From: Deltaproteobacteria bacterium
GTDB taxonomy: Bacteria > Bdellovibrionota_B > Oligoflexia > Oligoflexales > Bog-1112
Length of the DNA stretch: 57,500 bases
Direction of reading: 5' to 3'
NCBI GenBank assembly: GCA_023250635.1
Contig: JAHFAI010000006.1
Coordinates: forward strand, 1 to 57,500
Positions within the stretch are counted from its first letter, which is position 1; each line of letters starts with the position of its first letter. The notes below the pieces were generated by a model, which made no database searches, was not told where the DNA came from, and was given only the letters and a program-made list of their open reading frames with translations. Of the stretch, positions 25,035 through 35,438 are shown in pieces. Both the position numbers and the translations under genes were made by a program.

Positions 25035-25736
25035 TTAGGCGATCTTCTCGACCTGATTGTAAGACAACTCCACCGGGGTCTCGCGGCCGAAGATACTGAC
25101 GAGCACCTTCAACTTCATCTTGTCGGGACGAACTTCATCCACCACCCCATCAAAGTTGGTAAATGGTCCATCAACCACTTTAACGTGTTCACCCTTGCTA
25201 AATTGCAACTTGCTCGCCACAGCGCGCATTTTTGCACTATATGCTTTGGGATTTAACAAGCGTAAGACATCTCGATCCGGCAAAGGACGGGGACTTTTAC
25301 GATTACCGACGAAACCGGTGACTTTAGGGGTCGCCGCTACGCAGGCCATGGTTTGGTCGTTAAGGGCCATCTGTACAATAATATAGCCAGGAAAAGAAGT
25401 CTTATCGACAAGCTTCTTTTTGCCGCTTTTCAAAATCTTCTCAGTCACCACTTTAGGAATGAAAACATCCCCAAAACTCTCCTCAAGCCCCGCTTTTGTG
25501 ATGCGTTCCCGGAGATTGAGTTTTACAGAATCTTCAGAACCTGAGTAGGTATTGACGATAAACCACTTAAAACGAGGATCCGTAATCTGACGACGTTCCT
25601 CATCACTAAGCTGATCATCTTCATGAGCACCAGGCGCTCCTGGAGATCCCGCTTTATCAGCGGCAGCGTGCTCGTTACGAGCACTGTACCCATCGTCATT
25701 AACATCGTCCGAGCGATTGTTATCAAGCGGCTCCAT
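25035..25736 (-). CDS. nusG: Transcription factor NusG with about 50-aa acidic N-terminal extension
   Basis: WFIVNTYSGSE, FPGY, VTGFVG, KOW motif GPFTNFDG, IFGRETPVEL. Confidence 0.97.
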   Translation of the reverse strand: MEPLDNNRSDDVNDDGYSARNEHAAADKAGSPGAPGAHEDDQLSDEERRQITDPRFKWFIVNTYSGSEDSVKLNLRERITKAGLEESFGDVFIPKVVTEKILKSGKKKLVDKTSFPGYIIVQMALNDQTMACVAATPKVTGFVGNRKSPRPLPDRDVLRLLNPKAYSAKMRAVASKLQFSKGEHVKVVDGPFTNFDGVVDEVRPDKMKLKVLVSIFGRETPVELSYNQVEKIA

Positions 25737-25855
25737 TACCCCGTACCTCGATAATAAACTAAAGTAAGAGCCCCACCCCGCGGTGGAGCCTGAGTAAACT
25801 AACCCCTCACCAGGCTGGGTAGCTTACGAATAAATACGCGATTTGAAGTGGTGAA

Positions 25856-26236
25856 TTAAGGGAGAATAAGCTGTAAAATCTTAGCCCATAATAAATCAAA
25901 GACACTGAGTATAACCGCAAATATTGCTACCACCACCGCAACAATAATTGTCATCTTTTTTGTATCCGGCATACTCGGCCAAGTCACTTTGCGAATCTCA
26001 CCGATGGTTGCCAGGTGAAACTCGCGCCGCTCAGTAGAAACGCGCAGATAATAAACAGCGGCAAATCCACAAGCCAGCGCCACTAAACGACTCAACAGCG
26101 GATACCAGCTGTCATAGCGCTCGCTCCAACCAGCAATCGAGCCAAGGGTTTCAAGTGCCAACAGGGTGATGTACGCTGAAAACAGCGCAAAAGCACCGTG
26201 GCAAATGCTCAACCAGGTAGCGTCGTCTTTTCCCAT
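25856..26236 (-). CDS. secE: Preprotein translocase SecE (3-TM form)
   Basis: EIRKVTWPS motif; lies between tRNA-Trp and nusG; ATG 26236 avoids overlap with the tRNA. Confidence 0.92.
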   Translation of the reverse strand: MGKDDATWLSICHGAFALFSAYITLLALETLGSIAGWSERYDSWYPLLSRLVALACGFAAVYYLRVSTERREFHLATIGEIRKVTWPSMPDTKKMTIIVAVVVAIFAVILSVFDLLWAKILQLILP

Positions 26237-26284
26237 TTTTCCTTGCTCCCTCTGTTTCCAGGAGTAGTGACAGATAAAACAGTG

Positions 26285-26357
26285 CAGGCGAGGAGGGACT
26301 CGAACCCCCAGCAAGCGGATTTGGAATCCGCTGTTCTACCATTGGAACTACTCGCCT
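26285..26357 (-). tRNA. tRNA-Trp(CCA), CCA end not encoded
   Basis: AGGCGAG/CTCGCCT acceptor, GCGGA-TTCCAAA-TCCGC anticodon arm, GGTTCGAGTCC. Confidence 0.95.
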
Positions 26358-26368
26358 ATAACACTGTC

Positions 26369-27562
<1,194 letters not shown>

Positions 27563-27670
27563 CTCATCCTCCAAAATGAACGGCGATTTCTTGTACTATC
27601 GCCACGGCTGGTTGTAAGACGCATTCCTTGCGCTTACATAATTATTCTAAGGCACTACCTATACAATATC

Positions 27671-27745
<75 letters not shown>

Positions 27746-27888
27746 TTTCATTTGGGGATTCAAGGTCCCATCCAAGCATGGTCCCTTTTTCTAAGGCTTG
27801 CCCATCTTTTCGGGGCGGTCTGGCGACCCACTAGACCCTGGTAAAGGGACTATTGTGCGTCGAAAGAACACCCATGGCAAGGGCCAAA

Positions 27889-27965
27889 TGGAGCGGGAGA
27901 CGGGATTCGAACCCGCGACCCTTAGCTTGGAAGGCTAATGCTCTAGCCAGCTGAGCTACTCCCGC
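27889..27965 (-). tRNA. tRNA-Gly(TCC)
   Basis: GCGGGAG...TTAGC-CTTCCAA-GCTAA...GGTTCGAATCC...TCCA. Confidence 0.97.
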
Positions 27966-27995
27966 ACGTAATTTGGCGGAACACTATGGGCAAAA

Positions 27996-28081
27996 TGGTG
28001 GAGGGGATAGGTTTCGAACCTATGTAGACCGAAGTCAGCGGGTTTACAGCCCGCCCCCTTTGACCGCTCGGGCACCCCTCC
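27996..28081 (-). tRNA. tRNA-Tyr(GTA)
   Basis: GGAGGGG...GCGGG-CTGTAAA-CCCGC, long variable arm, ACCA. Confidence 0.97.
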
Positions 28082-28097
28082 AAAATGCTGCTTTCTC

Positions 28098-28173
28098 TGG
28101 AGCTGGCTATAGGCTTCGAACCTACGACCTGCTGATTACAAATCAGCTGCTCTACCAACTGAGCTAAGCCAGC
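28098..28173 (-). tRNA. tRNA-Thr(TGT)
   Basis: GCTGGCT...GCTGA-TTTGTAA-TCAGC...GGTTCGAAGCC...TCCA. Confidence 0.96.
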
Positions 28174-28276
28174 ATGCTGTATCAACCGAAGCCTACTTTT
28201 TCAAGTAATATTTCAGCAATACGGAGACAGTAAGTATCGCAGGTTCGAGAGATCGTCAAGCCTAGAACAGTAAAAC

Positions 28277-29041
28277 CTATGTTTTTTCCTGATCAAAAAG
28301 ACCGCGCAGCAGAATTCCTGCTGCGACTGAGACATTCAAGGAACCAAGCCCTGCTTCAGCCCCGTGAATGGTGACGGCTCTATCGCTGAGTTTTTTTATT
28401 ACAGGGGAGATGCCCCTGTCTTCAGCTCCCATTACTAAGACACTGCGCTCATAGATATTGCGAAACTCAGCAAAGGACTCTCCCGCCATATCTGCAGTAA
28501 GTATCCAATACTCCATGTCTTTAAGTTTTCGAAGCACCCGGCTTAGATTGGTTACTTCGACGAGGTCCACAAAAGCAAAGGCCCCCTGGGCGGTGGCTAC
28601 CGAGGCCGGGGTAAGCAGGACCTGGCGGCGAGCTGGGACGATTATTTCTTTGATTCCAAAATAACAGGCACTGCGAGCGATGGCCCCTAAATTTCGTGGG
28701 TCAGTGATATGGTCAAGGGCAAGAATACGGTCGTGCTGACGTCCCTTGATACGTCGGCAAAACGTATCCTCGTCCATGGTACTATGCTCGACCACGGCGC
28801 TGAGATGCTTACTGCTGACCGAAGGGATCATCTCGACGGGGATACCCTGGAGGGAGGGATAGTGAGCGATCTTTTGTAAGCCCCCACTGGTGGCCATAAT
28901 TTTTTTAATCGAGCGGGGGCGAAAACGTAAATAGACCTCTATAGCAGCAAGGCTATCCACAATAAAAGGCTCCGGCTCATCGCCAGCCTTGCTCTTATCT
29001 TTAAAGCGTGGTTTGAAGGGGGCTCTGCTCGGTTTCTTCAC
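28277..29041 (-). CDS. rlmB: TrmH/SpoU-family RNA 2'-O-methyltransferase (RlmB-like)
   Basis: LDHITDPRNLGAIARS, LVMGAEDRGI, SLNVSVAAGI; usual position upstream of the tRNA-tuf cluster. Confidence 0.8.
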   Translation of the reverse strand: MKKPSRAPFKPRFKDKSKAGDEPEPFIVDSLAAIEVYLRFRPRSIKKIMATSGGLQKIAHYPSLQGIPVEMIPSVSSKHLSAVVEHSTMDEDTFCRRIKGRQHDRILALDHITDPRNLGAIARSACYFGIKEIIVPARRQVLLTPASVATAQGAFAFVDLVEVTNLSRVLRKLKDMEYWILTADMAGESFAEFRNIYERSVLVMGAEDRGISPVIKKLSDRAVTIHGAEAGLGSLNVSVAAGILLRGLFDQEKT

Positions 29042-29062
29042 GGGGGGTCCTTCATAGGGAGA

Positions 29063-30322
29063 TTAACGCTGGGAATACTGGTCAAAAACCTCGCGAACCT
29101 TCTGGTGCGCGGCCGGGCTCAGCAGGTCATAGGCGAGCTGCACAACGAAGCACTGCAGTTTTTTAACCGCTTTTAACATTGCCGGGAGAGTAGCTCGAGA
29201 GGCCTCGGCGAGGCAATACAGATTTACAGCTGCTTCCGTATCTATCTGCCCAGAGGGGCTGAGACAGCGGAAGGAGACCCCTGGCTGATCGATACCACCA
29301 ATCAGCCCACTGAGAACTTCGAGGGGAAGGGCCTTATTTTCGTTGCCAGCATGGTGCTGGACTGCCTGGACAAGCAAATTATAGGCCTGAATTTGTTGTT
29401 TGAGAGGGATCAGCTCCGGCTTTACCGTAGCAAGGGGAGGGCGCAGCCCTTCGATGCTCAGCTTTTCCTGTTGCCAATAATCTAAAATCTGAGCGTAGGT
29501 ATAGGAGGGGGGCAGCCTCACCTGGCTACTCACCGTATCGGCCTGGGGATTGGCCTTGAGAATCCGCAAAAACTCCTGCCAAAAAGTGTCGTCCTCATTA
29601 ACGTTGGAAGTAGCGGTGGCGAATTCACCATTGAGCCGTAACTTCGTATGGGGGGTAAGTCGCTGCTGAAAGGACTCAAGCAGCGAGCCAAAAGCATAGC
29701 AAGCTGCTAAAAACTGCGAGTTCGAACCGTCGAGGGAAATCACATTGGCCTGGCTAAAAGTTTGGGGGTAGATTTCCAGGTAACAGCTCTCGGGGTAAAA
29801 AAGTGATTTTACGACGTGGCGTACCTGCAAGCACAGAGCCTCCCACAGTTGCCGCGGAGAGAAAGAATGTAAATTAAGAAGGACTTGTCCGAATTTGGTA
29901 TTTTCGCCCACCAGGCTTCCATAATGATGCAAGCTCTCGAGAGAAATTGAACCCTGACGATACAAGACTTCACCGAGGCGGTCAGCAAGCAGGGACGAGC
30001 CTGCAAAGGCGATTTCCCCCTGACGAAGTTCCAGGGTTTTGGCTGCTATGCCACAATCAAGGGCAAGAGTACCGCTCCACCCTTCTCGGCAAAACTGCTG
30101 GAGGAGGCTGTGGAGAGTGCTACGAGAGACCTGGCTAAATTCTGCAGGTGCCGGTGGAGGTGCAAGAGAAGTGACGAGCCCTCCCTCCCTCTGGAGGAGC
30201 AAGCGCCTGGTTCCCAGGGGAACCGCCTGCCACGAACCCGTTGCTTCACCTAGACTGTCCACCCCCTCGATAATAAGTTGCTTGCTACCCTGCTTGACCC
30301 TTAGGGGAGAATTAGTAGCCAC
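29063..30322 (-). CDS. DUF4388-like protein with MshEN-like (c-di-GMP-binding) motifs
   Basis: LLQQFCREGWSGTLAL...LRQGEIAFAGS then RLGEVLYRQGSISLESL and KFGQVLL...LWEALCLQ. Confidence 0.6.
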   Translation of the reverse strand: MATNSPLRVKQGSKQLIIEGVDSLGEATGSWQAVPLGTRRLLLQREGGLVTSLAPPPAPAEFSQVSRSTLHSLLQQFCREGWSGTLALDCGIAAKTLELRQGEIAFAGSSLLADRLGEVLYRQGSISLESLHHYGSLVGENTKFGQVLLNLHSFSPRQLWEALCLQVRHVVKSLFYPESCYLEIYPQTFSQANVISLDGSNSQFLAACYAFGSLLESFQQRLTPHTKLRLNGEFATATSNVNEDDTFWQEFLRILKANPQADTVSSQVRLPPSYTYAQILDYWQQEKLSIEGLRPPLATVKPELIPLKQQIQAYNLLVQAVQHHAGNENKALPLEVLSGLIGGIDQPGVSFRCLSPSGQIDTEAAVNLYCLAEASRATLPAMLKAVKKLQCFVVQLAYDLLSPAAHQKVREVFDQYSQR

Positions 30323-30350
30323 TGAGCCTCCTCACCAGAAAAATATAGTT

Positions 30351-31736
30351 TTAGGGTTTAAGTCGCTTCGAATCAATATCGTAGGTGCGTAGTTTGCGAT
30401 GAAGATTGGAACGTTCGATACCGATTTCTTCAGCTGTTTTTGAAATATTCCAATTAAATTCCTCTAATTTTTCTATTATGAAAAGCTTTTCAAAATTATT
30501 ACGCGCTTCTTTGAGAGTAGTACCATCGGGCGCTTGACCATTATCATTACGCTCCTGCTCACTGGCAAGCGGCAGATGCTTATGAAGATCAGCGGGTCTG
30601 ATGATTTCCCCGGGCACCAAGATACAGAGACGCTCGATTAGATTGCGCAGCTCGCGCACGTTACCGGGCCATTCATAGGTTGCCAAAATTGCCAAAGAGT
30701 CTTTGGGGAGGATCTTCTTGTCCTCGCGCAACTCCCGGGAAATGACCGTAAGAAAATGCTCCGCTAACAGCAGAATATCTTCAGGATGCTCGCGCAAAGG
30801 TGGCATGTGAATGGGGATTACGTTGAGACGATAAAACAGATCTTCACGAAAATTCCCTTTTTTAATTTCGCTATGGAGATTTTTATTAGTAGCGGCTATT
30901 ACCCGCACATCCACCGAAATTACCTGAGTATCACCGAGACGCTCAAAGGTCTGTTCCTGTAAAATACGGAGAATTTTCGCCTGAGTTTTAAGCGACATAT
31001 CGCCGATTTCATCCAAAAACAGGGTGCCTTGGTGGGCCAGTTCGAATTTTCCCATTTTGGCAGCCACCGCACTGGTAAACGCCCCCTTGGCATGACCAAA
31101 GAGCTCGCTTTCAATCAGTTCCTCGGGAATAGCAGCACAGTTAACCGCGACAAAGGCGGAAGTAGAACGACTGCTCTGCCCATGAATATTATGCGCCACC
31201 ACCTCCTTGCCCGTACCATTCTCACCAGTAATCAACACCCAGCTGTTGCGTGGTGCCACTTTGACGATTTGCCGATGAATCGCCCTAATTTGCTCAGATT
31301 CACCGATAAGATCGTAGCTAGCCTTGCGGGCTTCACTATGTTCTTGAGCGTGTTTTTTGGTTTCAATTTGTTTGATCAAGGGTAAAATTTTTTCAAGGGA
31401 AAGGGGTTTTTCAAGAAAATCACAGGCTCCCAACTTGGTCGCCTTAACCGCAGTTTCAATATTCCCGTGCCCACTCATGATAACTATGGGCACCGTATCC
31501 TTAAATTCCTTCATTTTTTGCAGGGTTTGAATACCGTCGATGCCTTCCATCCATACATCGAGAAGCACCAGGTCTACGCCCTGTCTCTTAAAAAGCTCAA
31601 AACCGCGCGTACCATTTGCCGCAGTTACACTATTCCATTTTTCGTCAGAGAAAATCCCCGCAAGGGTTGAACAAATGCTGGGCTCGTCATCGACGATCAG
31701 CACCTGCAACGGTGATTTTTTGTGCTTATCTTTCAT
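30351..31736 (-). CDS. ntrX: Sigma54-interacting response regulator (REC-AAA+-HTH), NtrX-like
   Basis: [68 protein letters not shown]; ATG 31736 with GGGAG. Confidence 0.88.
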   Translation of the reverse strand: MKDKHKKSPLQVLIVDDEPSICSTLAGIFSDEKWNSVTAANGTRGFELFKRQGVDLVLLDVWMEGIDGIQTLQKMKEFKDTVPIVIMSGHGNIETAVKATKLGACDFLEKPLSLEKILPLIKQIETKKHAQEHSEARKASYDLIGESEQIRAIHRQIVKVAPRNSWVLITGENGTGKEVVAHNIHGQSSRSTSAFVAVNCAAIPEELIESELFGHAKGAFTSAVAAKMGKFELAHQGTLFLDEIGDMSLKTQAKILRILQEQTFERLGDTQVISVDVRVIAATNKNLHSEIKKGNFREDLFYRLNVIPIHMPPLREHPEDILLLAEHFLTVISRELREDKKILPKDSLAILATYEWPGNVRELRNLIERLCILVPGEIIRPADLHKHLPLASEQERNDNGQAPDGTTLKEARNNFEKLFIIEKLEEFNWNISKTAEEIGIERSNLHRKLRTYDIDSKRLKP

Positions 31737-31836
31737 GTAGCTCCCTCGATAGTCCCTTATCCTGATTATAGTATAAGAGTATTGTTGACGAAACCATAGG
31801 CTCTTAAGCGCTGGGGGCTTCAGCGCCACGGCCAGC

Positions 31837-33384
31837 TTACTTCCTCTCCAAGCTCCGCTTCTCCAAATTCTCAAGAGCTGGCCCTTCGATCACCCGCCCC
31901 TCCAGGTCAAAGCGAGAGGAGTGACAGGGGCAATCCCAGGACTTTTCCAAGGGATTATATCTAACGATACAGCCGAGATGGGTACAGACAGCAGAAACAC
32001 ATTGATAAGCATCGGCACCCTGGCGATACACAGCTAATTTTTTGCAGCCATGGTTGATAACCCCCCCCTCACCCACTTCAATGTCAGCGAGCGCTTCCTT
32101 AGAGGGAAGATACCTTCCGGCGAGAAAGTGGCAACTCACCTCAAAACCCTCTTGGATTACCGCTCGTAAAGAGCGAATCATTGCGCAGCGTTCGGATTGA
32201 TAGAGATCTGCCCAAGGGTTTTTGCGTTTAAGAATCGAATCACTGACAATCATGCCTGCTAGACTACCAAAAACCAGACCGTCGGCAGAAAATCCCGTCA
32301 TGTAGTAAAGTTTTTCCGAATCCTTACCTATATAGGGAAGAGCATCGGCAGAATAATAGGACTGTGCCGCCCATCCGTAGCGTTCATTACCGAGAACAAA
32401 ACGTTCTCCGAGGTATCGCTCGAAGGTTGCAAAGGGGGTTTCGCTAGCGGTCCGATGTCCGGTTTTATGAAGGTCACCGATCAATACTAAATAATGCTTT
32501 TTCTCTTTATTACTATAGCGCCGTAAGGAATATTCCTCGTGGTCAATGCCCCAGAAAATACCCGGAGGCATCGCCTCGTCAATGGTGTCGACCGCCAAGG
32601 CTATTTCCCGTATCCCCGCAAGTTTGATTTGCATGGTCAAAAAACCTTTAGGAATATGGGTTGCCATTACTACAATTTTGCCACTGAGCTCTCCTTCCCC
32701 TGTAAAGACCCTTGCTCCCTGGGCATCGATTCGTAGCACTGGTGACTGCTCGTACACCTTTACCGAGGGGGGCAACTGTTTCGCTAGGCCCCGAACATAA
32801 GCGAGGGGATTGATCTGCCCTTGATTGGCGATACGTAGGAGCCTATCGACGGCAAAGGGCAAGGGATTTTGACTAGCTTTGAGCTTCTTTACCGCGAACT
32901 GACAGACTCGAGCTGCCGCTAGCTCTCGGGCAAGAAAGCTCTCACCTTTGGTCGATGATTTTTCTAAATAGTAGTGAAACGGCACTCGCTTGAAATCGCA
33001 GTCGATGCCATTGGTAAAAACCAGCTCTTCCATAAAGTCTATGGCCCGAGCACGAGATTGATACACTCGTTTGGCAGTGGTGCTTCCATAGGACGAAAGA
33101 ATTGCGCTAAGAGGCGTACTGGTGAGTTCATAGAGATTGCCGGTGGAGCAGGCGGTTGTCCCCATGCCGATTTTTCGAGCTTCAATCACGGCAACCGCAA
33201 TACCTGCCTTACCCAAAAGATATGCGGTAGTAAGTCCGCTTATTCCACCGCCAATGATGATCACCTCGGTGCTTTCACTGCCTTGTAGCTGAGGAAAACT
33301 CTGGGCGGCGCCTCCCGTGGCTTCCCACAGGGACTGCAAGGGCAATGAATTCTTGGTCTGCATATATTTCCCGCTCTTAGGCAT
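31837..33384 (-). CDS. FAD-dependent oxidoreductase with C-terminal Rieske domain (YhfW-like)
   Basis: IIGGGISGLTTAY; CTHLGC and WDCPCHSSRF Rieske ligands. Confidence 0.88.
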   Translation of the reverse strand: MPKSGKYMQTKNSLPLQSLWEATGGAAQSFPQLQGSESTEVIIIGGGISGLTTAYLLGKAGIAVAVIEARKIGMGTTACSTGNLYELTSTPLSAILSSYGSTTAKRVYQSRARAIDFMEELVFTNGIDCDFKRVPFHYYLEKSSTKGESFLARELAAARVCQFAVKKLKASQNPLPFAVDRLLRIANQGQINPLAYVRGLAKQLPPSVKVYEQSPVLRIDAQGARVFTGEGELSGKIVVMATHIPKGFLTMQIKLAGIREIALAVDTIDEAMPPGIFWGIDHEEYSLRRYSNKEKKHYLVLIGDLHKTGHRTASETPFATFERYLGERFVLGNERYGWAAQSYYSADALPYIGKDSEKLYYMTGFSADGLVFGSLAGMIVSDSILKRKNPWADLYQSERCAMIRSLRAVIQEGFEVSCHFLAGRYLPSKEALADIEVGEGGVINHGCKKLAVYRQGADAYQCVSAVCTHLGCIVRYNPLEKSWDCPCHSSRFDLEGRVIEGPALENLEKRSLERK

Positions 33385-33442
33385 TTTTTACCATTAGAGC
33401 GTAAAAGCAACACAAGATCCACGGGCATGCGGTTCGGTTTTG

Positions 33443-33466
33443 GGGACACTCACCGTAATCGAAACT
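33443..33466. repeat. 24-bp perfect direct repeat, copy 1
   Basis: GGGACACTCACCGTAATCGAAACT, identical to 35464..35487. Confidence 0.95.
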
Positions 33467-33467
33467 T

Positions 33468-35354
33468 CTAGTGATCATCCATAACCCCGCACTTATCAGC
33501 AAAACGCTCCCCAAAAGCTTGATACTCAGTGGGCAGATATTGCTCTCGCGCGAGGTTATGCAAAACCCTCAGATCACGAAGATCATATTTTTTTCCCTCG
33601 GCATTCTTGGGATCCAAGCCAACAAGGGCTTTGACTAAGACGCCCAGCATACGAATGGAGGTCAGCCGCGCCCACTCATAAAAGATAGATTCTGCAAGAA
33701 AAATGCTGGTACCCACATGATAGAGCTTGCGATACTCAATTGCCTTCCCATCGATTTTAAGATCTTTAATTTCTCCCGCAATCATTAACCTCCCACTGAT
33801 AATTCCGCGAGCACGCACTTGAAAACTCACATTGCGCGAAAAAGTTGGGGTAGCCTCCATCATATCTCTACTGGTACCAACCAAGGCACTGATCAAGGTT
33901 GATATCTCATACCCAGTCAGGTAAAAAGTCACCACAGGAAAGCCATGACGAAAGTGGAATTTCCCCTTATCCATCCAGGTGAAAAACCCTTCTCCCGCTA
34001 TAGCTTCGACGATTTCACCGTAAGTATAGTCTTGGTTACCCTTAACCCCTCCACGCATAGAAAGATCAATTGCGGAAAAATACAAATCCAGAGGTTTTTG
34101 AGCCGAAACTTCTAAAAATCGTTTGTCGGTATTTAGTCCTCTCAAAATAGTGGTCATTACTTTCCACGAAAATTCGTCATTAATAGTGAGCTTATGGTTA
34201 TAGTCTTGGTCAAACCTACCCATAGGGGTGTTATCGCCTAAATGAGGCTTGCAGGGTTCAGCCTCAAGCATTGAATTGAGAGTGGTTTTATTTTCGAACC
34301 ATTTTGAAAAAAACCACCCCTCGCTCTCCTTGACGTGGCCCTGACTGATCGAATCCTGAACAATTGGATGGAGAGAATGACTGAGTGCAGAAAGACGCTG
34401 GCCTTCAAAATCACCTGGGCGTGTATTATAAGTAAAGTCAAATACTCCAAATTCCCGGCCACCGTGCCCAGCCTGCATGAATGGAATTTTTAAAGTAGCA
34501 GTCTGTTTAAAATATTCTTGATGAGTATGACCTGCTATTAAAATATCAACACCATGTAATTTGCCAAGCAACTCTTCGTCTTCCTTAACCAGAAGATCTT
34601 GACTACCACCGTGAAACAGCAGCACTACTAAATCGACGCCACGCCGAATTATATTGATCTCTTGCTGCAATTTTTCGGCATACGCCTTTTCGCCGCCAAT
34701 AAATTCAAGAGTCTCCAAAGGTTTTATTTCAAACCCATGAAGGCCCATGGCGATATTCTCGGAAAATTTATTTTGGCGGGTACTCTTGCTCCCTTTTAGC
34801 GCCGTAACCCCCATTGCACCGACCACCGCAATTTTAATTGTTTTACCGCTTGAGGGTAAGCGACGAGTTAAAACCACATGGGAAACAATTAAATCAGGAT
34901 AGCCTAGAAGGAGATGGTGGGGCACGGTGGTGCCTACCAGGGGAATGCTAAATTGCTTGCGTGTTTTTGCATTGAAGGCCTTATGCAAAATCCGATTAAA
35001 ACCAAAGAGACCAGGGTCAAATTCATGATTTCCAATGGTCACCGCGTCGTATTTTAATGCTTCAAAAAAAGCTAACTCTACCGGGAGATCGTCATCTTCA
35101 CTAATGGCAGGCAAGGCATCAAGAGTTCCCGAAAACCAATCGCCCGCATCAAATTTTAACACCACTCTTTCTTGACGCTCTCCTTCGATGCTTTCAGCAC
35201 TAATCGCCTTAGCTAATTCGGGAAGCCGTCGGGATGAATGGAGGTCATTAGTATGAATGATTCTAATTTTAACCTCTTCTGCCCACACCCTTGTGGAGAG
35301 TAAAGCGCTTACCATTCCCCATGCTAAGATCAGAGTACTGGTTTTTTTTAGCAT
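33468..35354 (-). CDS. Secreted 5'-nucleotidase/UshA-like metallophosphoesterase
   Basis: Signal peptide; IIHTNDLHS, DAGD, TIGNHEFD, LLFH, IAGHTH. Confidence 0.85.
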   Translation of the reverse strand: MLKKTSTLILAWGMVSALLSTRVWAEEVKIRIIHTNDLHSSRRLPELAKAISAESIEGERQERVVLKFDAGDWFSGTLDALPAISEDDDLPVELAFFEALKYDAVTIGNHEFDPGLFGFNRILHKAFNAKTRKQFSIPLVGTTVPHHLLLGYPDLIVSHVVLTRRLPSSGKTIKIAVVGAMGVTALKGSKSTRQNKFSENIAMGLHGFEIKPLETLEFIGGEKAYAEKLQQEINIIRRGVDLVVLLFHGGSQDLLVKEDEELLGKLHGVDILIAGHTHQEYFKQTATLKIPFMQAGHGGREFGVFDFTYNTRPGDFEGQRLSALSHSLHPIVQDSISQGHVKESEGWFFSKWFENKTTLNSMLEAEPCKPHLGDNTPMGRFDQDYNHKLTINDEFSWKVMTTILRGLNTDKRFLEVSAQKPLDLYFSAIDLSMRGGVKGNQDYTYGEIVEAIAGEGFFTWMDKGKFHFRHGFPVVTFYLTGYEISTLISALVGTSRDMMEATPTFSRNVSFQVRARGIISGRLMIAGEIKDLKIDGKAIEYRKLYHVGTSIFLAESIFYEWARLTSIRMLGVLVKALVGLDPKNAEGKKYDLRDLRVLHNLAREQYLPTEYQAFGERFADKCGVMDDH

Positions 35355-35409
35355 GACTACCCCCGAGTTTTTCTTAAGGTGTGAAAAACTGGAAAATTAT
35401 TATATTTTT

Positions 35410-35437
35410 TCATCGGGATCAGCCAGCTATAACTTAA
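35410..35437 (-). promoter_or_regulatory. Putative sigma28 (FliA)-like promoter of the nucleotidase
   Basis: TTAAG-N16-CCGATGA on the minus strand. Confidence 0.4.
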
Positions 35438-35438
35438 G

